Shown: positions 1 to 8,640 of the stretch, piece after piece
Position numbering within the stretch: the first letter of the stretch is position 1
Layout of the letters: each line of letters opens with the position of its first letter
From: Planctopirus limnophila DSM 3776
Lineage (GTDB): Bacteria; Planctomycetota; Planctomycetia; Planctomycetales; Planctomycetaceae
Assembly (NCBI RefSeq): GCF_000092105.1
Contig: NC_014148.1
Coordinates: forward strand, 300,001-332,000
Direction of reading: 5' to 3'
Length of the DNA: 32,000 nt
Made by a program: the position numbers and the translations under genes
The notes under the pieces: generated by a model
Told to the model about the DNA's origin: nothing
Database searches by the model: none
Seen by the model: only the letters and a program-made list of their open reading frames with translations

Positions 1-3000
1 ATCAGAAATGGTCGAGGTGATGCTGAATTGCCCCGGGAGCACATCGCGAATCCGGATTAAAGGCACACTTTCGAGCAGCTTTCCACTTCTGGCATCGAGC
101 ACATGCCATTCAATAGAGACGGCATCGCTTTCCACTGGTCGTTCGACGATCACTCCCAGTCTCGAAAAGAGGTACCAGCCATCGGAAAGCACACTGACCT
201 TACGGTCTTCACTCCCTTCGTTGCCGCCGCGATATGTCCAGCGGATTTCACCACTTTCGAGATCGAGTGCTGCCAGTTCTACACCCTCTTTGACGAGACG
301 TCGCACATACAGATGTGAGCCCGCCTGCACCGGGTTAAAGGGAAGGTGCGAGTAGGCAATGGCTGAGCCTGGTTCTTCATTGGCATCGCTTTGCCACTTC
401 CGATTCAATGTGGCTCGATCCAAGGCCACCGTTCGCGAGCGATGATGAAGAATGAGCTGGTGGTCCGTCTCAAGGCAGGCTAACTGACGTGTCCACAGAT
501 CGCCCTGTCGATACTCTGAACGATCCGCATCTTTTCCAGCGGGTGGATCAAAGGGAAAAACGACCTGGCTTTCCCAACTGTTGGCCACTGCCGGTACAGG
601 CTGAAGAGCCACGTTTCGAGCTGTAGTTTCTGCTTCACCCCAGACATTCTGCTTGAGGAATTCGCGCGTCTGTACCAAACCCGCCCATGAAGTTCCCTGA
701 AGTGCATCATCACGCAGGCGGAGTAGCGTTTTTTCCGGGTCAAAGCGATCTGGAAGTTTTGCTCCCAGGAGCCATTGCCGCAGTTGGATGGCATCCTCCA
801 GTGTGGAATCCGGAATAGCGCCCGCCTTGGCAAAGTGCTCAATGGCATCCTGCCACTGGCCAGCCGAAAGTGCGCGATCACCCAGCCATAAATGGGCCTG
901 AGCAGCAGCCATAGTTTGTGGAAACTGCAGCGTAATATTGCGAATGGAGATGATGTTGCCATCGGCCATGGCCTGACGAATACGCACATCGCCTGTGCTT
1001 CCCATCTGGTCACGCATCACTGCCAATAGTGACGGATATTGCTTCATGACTCGATCAATCGCCGCGGGTAATGAAACAAACAGATCAGGATCTGTCGCCA
1101 CGGGCAGGAGTTCTCCCTGATCTGTCGAAACCAGACTGGCAATGACCCGGCAACCATCCAGAAACGCTTCACCATCCAGAGCCGCCTGAAGTTCGGCACT
1201 GGCGTTGTATCCCTCTTTGCTCAATTGCAGCAGGAGTGGGTGCCGCCAGCTGCGTGACAGAACAGGAGCATCGCCAGATGTTGACGAGAGGGCCTGTAAC
1301 CATCTCATCCGCTTGACCAGCATTTCATATTGATAGGGTGGATTCTGATCCGGATGTGTCAGATCCCAGCGAGCCAGAAGTTCGTGAGAGGTTTTCAGTT
1401 GCTCGCTGGCTGAGCCAAGAAGTGCTGCGGTATTCAGGGCTTTGGAATCGCGCCGCACGAGACCATTCCATAGGGTGGTATGTGTCCAGAGTGGTGTGTT
1501 GGCCCAGAGAATCAGCGATTCATCGAGGTCGGGCCAGGCGGGTTGATCCACCGTATCAGCAGCAATCTGTCCAAATTGACCAGCCAGTTCTCGGGCACGC
1601 CATTCATCCCAGGCATGCTGTAATGGCAATAACCAGGCCATGGCTTTCAGACGTTCAACCGCAGGTCTTCGCCCCATGACGATTTGATTGATCAGCCGGC
1701 TCTGGAGCTTTCGAGACAGTTCTCGATAGATGGGCTGAGTTAATGACCAATACGCGTTGGCGAACCACCACTCTTCAGGATTGGTGCCGACAGGGCAATT
1801 CGTTTCCACCTGCTCGGACCACTTGGCTTCAGAGAGTGAGGGAGTCAACTCAGGTCGCGGCCCTTCATTGGCAAGTTTTGCCAGCAGGCTCCGATCGACA
1901 ATCGACTCGATATGAATCGCTGGCCGGATAATGAGTTGACCAATTTCAATGGCACGTGCTGCTTCTCCTCGCAGGCATTGCAGACCAATCGTGGCGACCG
2001 GCTCGAGGGGCAGATCCTGAGTATAGCCATCCGGCACAGGCGACCATGTTCGCCCATCGGCACTGGTGAAGAGCATCACCCCGGCGGAATGACCAATCAG
2101 TCGCCACCACTGTTTTTCGCCCAGGTGCAGTAGAGGTTGATGCTGCGGATCGTAATCCACTTCGTCGTGACCATGATGAGGATGCCCCAGTTGTACCACA
2201 TTTCGACCAGTGCGCCGGTTGTGATGCACCTGTATTGTGACGACGGGTTTTCCCGCACTGTTACCCAGATAAATGCCTGTGCCGCGGGTGGCCGAGTTGA
2301 GCTGCACACTGACATCAAAAAAACCTTGATATGGGAGTTTTGCGAAATGCTCTGCGGGTTGTTCGCGTGAGTTGCCGGTCAGCAGAACAGCACCACTCTC
2401 AAGCTGTTGCAACTCGCCTCGAGAATCTTTGGTCGGTTCCCACTCCAAAGTTTTAGGCTGCACAGCCTCCATATCCGGGAGAGTGGCGAGCACACCGAGT
2501 GGATCACGCCGGGGGACATCTGTCACTCGCAGGTAATCCAGTCCACGCAATCGATATTGACCATCGAGTTCAATCTGCTCGGGACAATTCTCGAAGGGAA
2601 CTTCCAAGAGAACTGCACGTTGTTTAATGAGAAGAAGTTTTCCCTCGTGCCAGGTCAGGTCGATTGTTCCCTGGCCTAATCGAGACCAGGCGGAGCCGTC
2701 AGTCCCCAGGAATTGTTCGCCAGCCGCCTTGCGGTCAATCGCCTCATCAGGCCCGGAACGTTTGACATCCACAGCAACCCACATCGCGGGCTGCCGATGA
2801 GGGAAGTATCGCAACTGGATTCCTTTTTTCCCTGACCAGACATTGATCGAAAGTTCGTTGACATCGAACATTGCGAGCCTGAGACAGCTATTCGTGAACC
2901 AGGGGGCCTTGAGCCTGGCCAGACCATTGACCTGCACAGTCCGGGTTTTCTGATGATTATGTTCGTGCAGATCGGCCCGGCGACCGGCCACGGGCCCCAA

Positions 3001-3783
3001 CCAGTCATTGAAGCGGTTCTGCTGAAGGCTATCGAGTTGCATGGTCGCCAGATCGGCAGCGAAAACTGATTCGCGGTAGCTCACTGGCTGTCGCTCGATG
3101 GCTGCTGGATGTTCCGGATCGGGCAGAGAACTGTTCGGCAGCCATTCGCTCCAGGGAGGCGGGGCAGCCACGACGACTTCCGCTGCAGGTACTACTGGAA
3201 CTGTCTGAGCTGTTGTCATCGCCCCTTCAACCGGTTGATTCGGGGTGGTCATCGCAGGATCTGACTTGCCCGTTGCGGACTTCGGATCAACTCCTTGAGG
3301 CGAGGTGGTATCGAACTTTTCACCTCGGTTTTGTGCGAGAAGTTGTGCTTCGGAGGCCTTCGCAGCATCAATGGTGGCCTGTGTCTGGGGAGTAGGTTCT
3401 GCTGGACGATCTTCTGGTTGACCTTCTTCGACCAGAAGATCGTTGTTCGCCAGTGGATTCCTGACTTTGGGCCAGAAGAGAGCACCGGCACCGACCAGCA
3501 TGGCAATTGCCAGAAACCCCACCAGCAGCTTCAGTTGACGGACATTCTGGCTGGCAGCATTCTGCCTTTTGTCCGCAGCCCGTAACAGGATCTTTTCGAC
3601 GGAGAGATCAATCGATGCATAATGTGTGCTCAAGGCTTCCTGCAACGAAAGATTTGCACTCAAGGCCTGCTGCAATTCGGGTGAGAAAGGCAGACGCTGC
3701 CTGAGCAATGCAATCTCAGCCGCAGTGAATTCTTCAGCGGTTTTTTCCTGGACGAGCTGCAGAAGTTCTTGATCACTCGCCAT
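1..3783 (-). CDS. Partial CDS (3' end beyond the window). Large single-pass membrane protein, anti-sigma-like, with a very large extracytoplasmic region ending in PQQ/beta-propeller-like repeats.
   Basis: Not in the supplied ORF track. I read the minus-strand frame codon by codon (plus-strand triplets starting at positions 1,4,7...) and found no tta/cta/tca triplet from 1 to 3780. ATG is at 3783-3781 and an in-frame stop sits two codons upstream (3789-3787). The N-terminus is MASDQELLQLVQEK... One hydrophobic helix (LKLLVGFLAIAMLVGAGALFW) occurs about 90 aa in, followed by a Pro/Thr/Gln-rich linker. A TPR-like stretch (AQAHLWLGDRALSAGQWQDAIEHFAKA) and a C-terminal 'LDLESGEIRWTY' propeller-like repeat follow. 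It lies 81 nt downstream of the ECF sigma gene on the same strand. Confidence 0.72.
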   Translation of the reverse strand, partial: MASDQELLQLVQEKTAEEFTAAEIALLRQRLPFSPELQQALSANLSLQEALSTHYASIDLSVEKILLRAADKRQNAASQNVRQLKLLVGFLAIAMLVGAGALFWPKVRNPLANNDLLVEEGQPEDRPAEPTPQTQATIDAAKASEAQLLAQNRGEKFDTTSPQGVDPKSATGKSDPAMTTPNQPVEGAMTTAQTVPVVPAAEVVVAAPPPWSEWLPNSSLPDPEHPAAIERQPVSYRESVFAADLATMQLDSLQQNRFNDWLGPVAGRRADLHEHNHQKTRTVQVNGLARLKAPWFTNSCLRLAMFDVNELSINVWSGKKGIQLRYFPHRQPAMWVAVDVKRSGPDEAIDRKAAGEQFLGTDGSAWSRLGQGTIDLTWHEGKLLLIKQRAVLLEVPFENCPEQIELDGQYRLRGLDYLRVTDVPRRDPLGVLATLPDMEAVQPKTLEWEPTKDSRGELQQLESGAVLLTGNSREQPAEHFAKLPYQGFFDVSVQLNSATRGTGIYLGNSAGKPVVTIQVHHNRRTGRNVVQLGHPHHGHDEVDYDPQHQPLLHLGEKQWWRLIGHSAGVMLFTSADGRTWSPVPDGYTQDLPLEPVATIGLQCLRGEAARAIEIGQLIIRPAIHIESIVDRSLLAKLANEGPRPELTPSLSEAKWSEQVETNCPVGTNPEEWWFANAYWSLTQPIYRELSRKLQSRLINQIVMGRRPAVERLKAMAWLLPLQHAWDEWRARELAGQFGQIAADTVDQPAWPDLDESLILWANTPLWTHTTLWNGLVRRDSKALNTAALLGSASEQLKTSHELLARWDLTHPDQNPPYQYEMLVKRMRWLQALSSTSGDAPVLSRSWRHPLLLQLSKEGYNASAELQAALDGEAFLDGCRVIASLVSTDQGELLPVATDPDLFVSLPAAIDRVMKQYPSLLAVMRDQMGSTGDVRIRQAMADGNIISIRNITLQFPQTMAAAQAHLWLGDRALSAGQWQDAIEHFAKAGAIPDSTLEDAIQLRQWLLGAKLPDRFDPEKTLLRLRDDALQGTSWAGLVQTREFLKQNVWGEAETTARNVALQPVPAVANSWESQVVFPFDPPAGKDADRSEYRQGDLWTRQLACLETDHQLILHHRSRTVALDRATLNRKWQSDANEEPGSAIAYSHLPFNPVQAGSHLYVRRLVKEGVELAALDLESGEIRWTYRGGNEGSEDRKVSVLSDGWYLFSRLGVIVERPVESDAVSIEWHVLDARSGKLLESVPLIRIRDVLPGQFSITSTISD

Positions 3784-3864
3784 GGCTTACCTACCCACTT
3801 CAACATCAATTGGGAGCAACGTTGATTGTTTCAATTCACGACGCATCATTTTGCCTGCTGATGA

Positions 3865-4419
3865 TCACATTTTTTTCAGTTTTCGTTCGAGACAACTTTT
3901 CAGTGCCAGTCTGGCTCGATGTACCAGCAGTTTGATAGCGCCTTCGCTGCGGCGAAGAACGTGCCCGATATCACACAGTTTCTGCTCCGAGCGATACTTG
4001 AGTTCAATGGCCTGGCGGGCACTTGGCCCTAACGCTTCGAGGCATTGAGGAAGGTTTTCGAGCACATCGGCATCCAAGGTCCCTGCAGCTCCCCCGGTTA
4101 ACGATTCCAGGTCGAAGCAAAGCTCTGTCCAACCCACCTCCCGGCGGCGGCGGACACTTCGTGTCCACTCCCGCAGGACATTGCGGGCAATGCCCAGAAG
4201 CCATGGCCTGATCAATGACGTCGAATCGAACCGCGTGCGTGCTTCGTAGAACCGCAGAAACACTTCCTGAACGAGATCATCCGCATCGGCCGCCTGTGCC
4301 AGTCGTGCCCGCAGAAAGCCATAGATGGCACGCTGATGCAGTTCAATCACCTGTGAAAAGGCTGCTCGATCTCCTTCGAGAACTCGCTGCATCAATTCCT
4401 GGTCAACGGCTGACACCAT
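3865..4419 (-). CDS. ECF-type RNA polymerase sigma factor (sigma-70 family, regions 2 and 4)
   Basis: 184 aa. Region 2-like DDLVQEVFLRFY...RPWLLGIARNVLREW and region 4-like LPQCLEALGPSARQAIELKYRSEQKLCDIGHVLRRSEGAIKLLVHRARLALK. Size is typical of ECF sigmas. Confidence 0.9.
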   Translation of the reverse strand: MVSAVDQELMQRVLEGDRAAFSQVIELHQRAIYGFLRARLAQAADADDLVQEVFLRFYEARTRFDSTSLIRPWLLGIARNVLREWTRSVRRRREVGWTELCFDLESLTGGAAGTLDADVLENLPQCLEALGPSARQAIELKYRSEQKLCDIGHVLRRSEGAIKLLVHRARLALKSCLERKLKKM

Positions 4420-4468
4420 CCGCCAATGTTCATTATTTGAGAAAAGCTGCTGAGAAGACCACTGCCCA

Positions 4469-5206
4469 TCATTGATCGAGCGACTCGAATCGTTTCGCCA
4501 ATTTCTCGATCACACCGCCGGGTATTTCATGTTGCCCGCCAAAGGCCCAGAAGTCCAAGGGAATTCCGCTGGATTCGAGTAACTGTCCCAGCATTTGGGC
4601 CCCCGCAAAAGGCAATACAGGATCGTATTTTCCATGCGATTGAAAGACATTCAGCTTCTGGCCCAGATCCGGATGACTGGAAAGATATTCTGTCCAGGCG
4701 GGTCGGCAAATGAGTGCTCCAGAAAACAAAACCAGCCATCGCGGCTGGAGTGCTCCTGTGAGAGTCAGATGGGTCGAGACCATGGCTCCTTGAGAAAACC
4801 CTCCCAGAATCAAACGATCCTCCGGAAGATCGAGGGCCTGCAGACGAGCCTTGATTCCGCTCTGCAATTGCCGGGAAGCCTCTTCAATGCCCGGGGGAAC
4901 TTCATCAACCAGTTCGAGCAGGCTCCCGGCCTGAGTGAGCGAAAGAAGCCTCTGCATATTGATCGGCCACCACGCGCGACCACCGGGAATGCCCCACTCG
5001 GCCATATCGATCGGCGCTTCCGGGAAGAGAAATTCCATGCGGCCAGCCACTTCTGGCGCTGCCTCTTCGATGGCTTCGGCCAGGCCCACGAGATCTGTCC
5101 CTGAGGCTCCATAACCATGGCAGAACACGACCAGCCATTGTGGCTTTTCCGGCGAAAAAGCGACGGCATTCAGCGGGCCAAACGAAACAGCCTGTGGATC
5201 ATTCAT
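4469..5206 (-). CDS. Alpha/beta hydrolase, phospholipase/carboxylesterase family
   Basis: 245 aa. Contains VVFCHGYGASGTDL, the nucleophile elbow GFSQGA (GxSxG), an HGKYDPVLP acid-residue segment and a C-terminal GGQHEI His segment. Confidence 0.8.
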   Translation of the reverse strand: MNDPQAVSFGPLNAVAFSPEKPQWLVVFCHGYGASGTDLVGLAEAIEEAAPEVAGRMEFLFPEAPIDMAEWGIPGGRAWWPINMQRLLSLTQAGSLLELVDEVPPGIEEASRQLQSGIKARLQALDLPEDRLILGGFSQGAMVSTHLTLTGALQPRWLVLFSGALICRPAWTEYLSSHPDLGQKLNVFQSHGKYDPVLPFAGAQMLGQLLESSGIPLDFWAFGGQHEIPGGVIEKLAKRFESLDQ

Positions 5207-5306
5207 TCAAAAAACTCATCAGAAAAAATTGGTATGGGAACACAAAGGCAATCGACGAATTTTCAAAGGGGACAGTCTGGGGATGTTCGACGGGAACTAC
5301 GTCGCG

Positions 5307-7118
5307 TCAGCCATCGACCAGAGTGCGCATGCCAGGCATTTGCGTTTCATCTTCGAGTCGCGGCCACGTGAGGACAAACCGCGATCCTTTGCCGATCTGC
5401 GATTCGACCGTGATGTCGCCACCATGCTCGCGAATGATTTTTTGGCTCACAGCCAGGCCCAGGCCCGTCCCACGGGCTCCTTTGGTCGATTCGAACATCA
5501 GAAACATTTTGGACAGATTTTCCGGCGCGATTCCTGTGCCATTGTCTTCGACCGAGACCCACAACAGATCCCGGGGCTCATCGAAGCCTGTCTGCACGAC
5601 CACGCGAGGATCATCGGCATGTTCGACGGCATCCATGGCGTTACTGACGACGTTCAAAATCGCCCGGTGAATCCCCTCGGGATCAAACGTGCTGGTCGGT
5701 AATTGAGTGGCGGGCTGAAAAATCAGTTTGGTTTCGACTTCACCCGCCTGAGGCTGCATCAACTCGACAACATCCTGGGCCACATCGTTGAGTTGTGAAA
5801 GCTTCATTTCGGGCTGACGCTCTTTGGAGAAGGTCAGCATATCCATCACGAGGTTATAGATTTTGCCCTGGTTCTTATCGACGATCCCCCAGCCTTTGCG
5901 AATCAGTTCGGTGTCTGTCTTCCCCAGACCCAGGTCAATCAGATAACTCCCTCCCCGCACACCCTGCAAAATGTTCTTAATATGATGGCTCAACGTGGCG
6001 ATGGTCTGGCCCATAGCCGCTAATCGTTCCGACTTGACGAAAGCCTCCTGGAAACGCTGATTCTCCACAGCCAGTGCTGCCTGCCGACCGATGGCCGCGA
6101 GCACACGCAGTTGCTCTTCGCTGAATCGCGGCTGATCTCCTAACAGAATCATTTCTTCAGCCGACGATGTGATATCAAGATAAACCACACCCATCAGTTC
6201 GTGGCGGGCCTGGAGTGGGACACACATCGCTTCGCGGATACCGGCCCTCACAATACTTTGACCGGTTTCAAAGCGGCTGTCGTGCCGGGCATCGGATGTC
6301 CTGACAGCCTGCAAACTTTTGACAACATAATCGACGATGGTTCGAGAAACGGGAATTCTGCCCGTTGTCTTTTCTCCAGGGTCTTTAGCTGCTGAGGCTT
6401 CTTTAGTTGATGTTCCCTCTCTGAATGATGCACCCAGAGAGGAGCTTTCGTCCTGAATGGTGCTTTCCTGCCCGCGAAAACCGACTGCGACCGCTTGCAG
6501 TGCTTCCGTCTCTGCATCCCGCAAGAGGACACAGCCTCGATCCGCTCCTAAGGTTTCAATCGCAAGATCCAGCATGCGTTGCAGAATCTGCGTCATCGAT
6601 GACGACGGTCGAACGGCTTCCTCCGAAATGCGATAGAGCATCTGCAGATTCATCGTCGCCTGGAGTCGGGCATCGGTATTGTTCGAAACAGCAGCAGGCA
6701 AATCCTTCAGGGGCAATCCGCCCGTCAAAGCCATTTGCCCCACAATGCTCGATCGATCCGTCCCATCGGCCTGATGCAATAACTCGACACGATCTGCCGC
6801 CCGTCTGGAACCGACATGATCTCCCTGAAGGAACTGCAGAATTGTCCGGCCAATCTGGATCTGATCACCGGGTTTAAGTGTTCGCGACTTGACCTGCGCT
6901 CCATTAACAAATGTACCATTCGAACTGTTGCGATCCTTGAGCACGAACTTGTCGCCTTCGCGTTCGATGGCGGCATGAGTGCGCGAGACCTCGGTGTCGA
7001 GCAACCGCACAGGATTATGCAGACTGCGACCGATCGTGATCGGAACATCCCCGAGTTCAAAACGGGTTCCCTGATCCGCCCCCTGAACGATCAGAAGTGA
7101 GGCTCTCGCGATGGGAAT
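5307..7118 (-). CDS. Sensor histidine kinase with N-terminal FHA domain and central GAF-like domain (FHA-GAF-HisKA-HATPase)
   Basis: FHA signature ITIGRSLHNPVRLLDTEVSRTHAAIEREGDKFVLKDRNSSNGTFVNG. H-box ATLSHHIKNILQGV, N-box ILNVVSNAMDAV, G1 VEDNGTGI and G2 GTGLGLAVSQKI. The track starts at GTG 7010, but the frame is open to 7133 and encodes the missing FHA strands. The end at 7118 assumes an ATT start 9 nt after GGAG (see findings). The minimal safe extent is 5307-7010. Confidence 0.85.
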   Translation of the reverse strand: MPIARASLLIVQGADQGTRFELGDVPITIGRSLHNPVRLLDTEVSRTHAAIEREGDKFVLKDRNSSNGTFVNGAQVKSRTLKPGDQIQIGRTILQFLQGDHVGSRRAADRVELLHQADGTDRSSIVGQMALTGGLPLKDLPAAVSNNTDARLQATMNLQMLYRISEEAVRPSSSMTQILQRMLDLAIETLGADRGCVLLRDAETEALQAVAVGFRGQESTIQDESSSLGASFREGTSTKEASAAKDPGEKTTGRIPVSRTIVDYVVKSLQAVRTSDARHDSRFETGQSIVRAGIREAMCVPLQARHELMGVVYLDITSSAEEMILLGDQPRFSEEQLRVLAAIGRQAALAVENQRFQEAFVKSERLAAMGQTIATLSHHIKNILQGVRGGSYLIDLGLGKTDTELIRKGWGIVDKNQGKIYNLVMDMLTFSKERQPEMKLSQLNDVAQDVVELMQPQAGEVETKLIFQPATQLPTSTFDPEGIHRAILNVVSNAMDAVEHADDPRVVVQTGFDEPRDLLWVSVEDNGTGIAPENLSKMFLMFESTKGARGTGLGLAVSQKIIREHGGDITVESQIGKGSRFVLTWPRLEDETQMPGMRTLVDG

Positions 7119-7387
7119 TTTTGTCGTCTCCAGCTACTCAGAGGGCAGATTCATGGGGTCTTTATCAGAGATTGAAGTGCGAATGGGCCAAAGTCAAACT
7201 GGCACAATCTCTCGAAACCAAACGTAACCTGTTATGCAGAAAGAATTTGCAATCTGTTCTTGCGAAGTTGCATTTTCTCTCTCTGGCGACGAAACTATGT
7301 GTTCGCTTTGCAGATTTCAACAACAACCTGCAGTTCGGGGCAAATTGGCCCTGAGTCTGCATCTCGCACGAATGAGGATGAATTGTC

Positions 7388-7651
7388 ATGGCACATAAGA
7401 AAGGCCAAGGATCCAGCCGTAACGGTCGCGATTCGAATGCCAAGCGACTGGGTGTGAAGAAGTTTGGCGGCCAGCTGGTTCTGGCTGGAAATATTCTGAT
7501 CCGTCAGCGGGGTACTCGCTGGCATGCCGGCAAAAACGTCGGCATGGGCCGTGATCACACCCTGTTCTCCCTTGTTGAAGGCACAGTGTTCTTCGACCAA
7601 GAAGGACGACGTGTGAACATCAAGCCTGTGGAAGTGGCTGTCGCCAGCTAG
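7388..7651 (+). CDS. rpmA: 50S ribosomal protein L27
   Basis: 87 aa. [29 protein letters not shown]...IRQRGT is the canonical L27 N-terminus. GAGGA lies 9 nt upstream of the ATG. Confidence 0.97.
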   Translation: MAHKKGQGSSRNGRDSNAKRLGVKKFGGQLVLAGNILIRQRGTRWHAGKNVGMGRDHTLFSLVEGTVFFDQEGRRVNIKPVEVAVAS

Positions 7652-7929
7652 TCGACTATCAACCCCTGCCGTCTGATCATCTCGGCGATGCAGGGCATTG
7701 CCTGTACATTGAGGCCCAGTCAGCATGGAGAGAACTGCTCGAGCAGTGACTCTAGTTGCTGGCTGGGCCTTGCCATTTCTGCCCATGTTCAATTGACCAA
7801 TACTCAATCGCGTAACGAGCACGCTTTCGATGAAATTCTGGGACTGTGCGTGACATGCTTGCGGCTCCGAGCTGTCTATTACACACAACTTTGCTTGCGT
7901 ATTGATTTGAGATGAGGCTGGAGACTGGG

Positions 7930-8086
7930 TGGCTGGGGTCAAACGTCCTCGTTTGCCCCCAGGTCATTGGACGATTGCTGATGGCGAACATGCTTGAAAG
8001 TCATGAAAGCATGGCTCGGATGCATCTTTGCTGGGATCGCTCTGTTACTGGGGGCGGTTGAAGACATCCGACCCTAGCCACCCCGG
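7930..8086. mobile_element. MITE-like palindromic element, copy 1 (~157 bp, ~36-bp imperfect terminal inverted repeats)
   Basis: The left end TGGCTGGGGTCAAACGTCCTCGTTTGCCCCCAGGTCA (7930-7966) is identical to 18864-18900. The right end GGGGGCGGTTGAAGACATCCGACCCTAGCCACCCCGG (8050-8086) is the imperfect reverse complement of the left end and nearly identical to 18980-19015. No ORF of transposase size is present. Confidence 0.6.
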
Positions 8087-8316
8087 TAAAGACCACGCCC
8101 TTCCGCAAAGCCTCCAGGGACGTGCCACCCTTGGATAACAGTTGTGTGTAAAAGACAGCAGCTCTAGGAAAGCATGTTTCGCAACCAACACCGTGCCGTT
8201 ATCTTCTGGGAGACGCATAAGCTGCCAGGAGTCGTTGAGAGCTGGTGGTTCTGCTACACTACTAGCAACTATTCTTCTGCAACGACCTGCACTCACAGTC
8301 CTTTTCGGAGATTCTC

Positions 8317-8640
8317 ATGGCTGCCGTTGATGATGCTTATGATGCTGCCATTCGGCTCAAGAACCAGGGAGATCTGGATGGAGCTGCCAAGAGCCTGGAA
8401 GCCATTCTCGTAGAGTATCCCGAGCATGTGCTGACCTACTCGGCACTGGCTGTTATTTTGCAGAAGCTGGGGCGCCACGATGAAGCGATTGCTCACGCCC
8501 GCAAGGTGACGGAGTTGGAGCCTCACGACAGTTTCTCGTACACACAGATGTCAGTCATCTGTCAGCGCTGCGGACGGATCGCCGAGGCCGAAGAAGCTCT
8601 GGCCCGCATGCGCATGATGCAGGCGAGTGGAATGCATTAG
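8317..8640 (+). CDS. Small tetratricopeptide-repeat (TPR) protein
   Basis: 107 aa with about three TPR-like units (e.g. AIRLKNQGDLDGAAKSLEAILVEYPEH and AVILQKLGRHDEAIAHARKVTELEPHD). GGAG lies 6 nt upstream of the ATG. Confidence 0.75.
   Translation: MAAVDDAYDAAIRLKNQGDLDGAAKSLEAILVEYPEHVLTYSALAVILQKLGRHDEAIAHARKVTELEPHDSFSYTQMSVICQRCGRIAEAEEALARMRMMQASGMH

Noticed and set aside
7295-7942. 215-aa minus-strand ORF from the track
   Set aside because: It runs antisense across the unambiguous rpmA gene and into the MITE end. It has no motif, no ribosome-binding site and a Ser/Thr/Gln-rich low-information composition. It is most likely a chance open frame.
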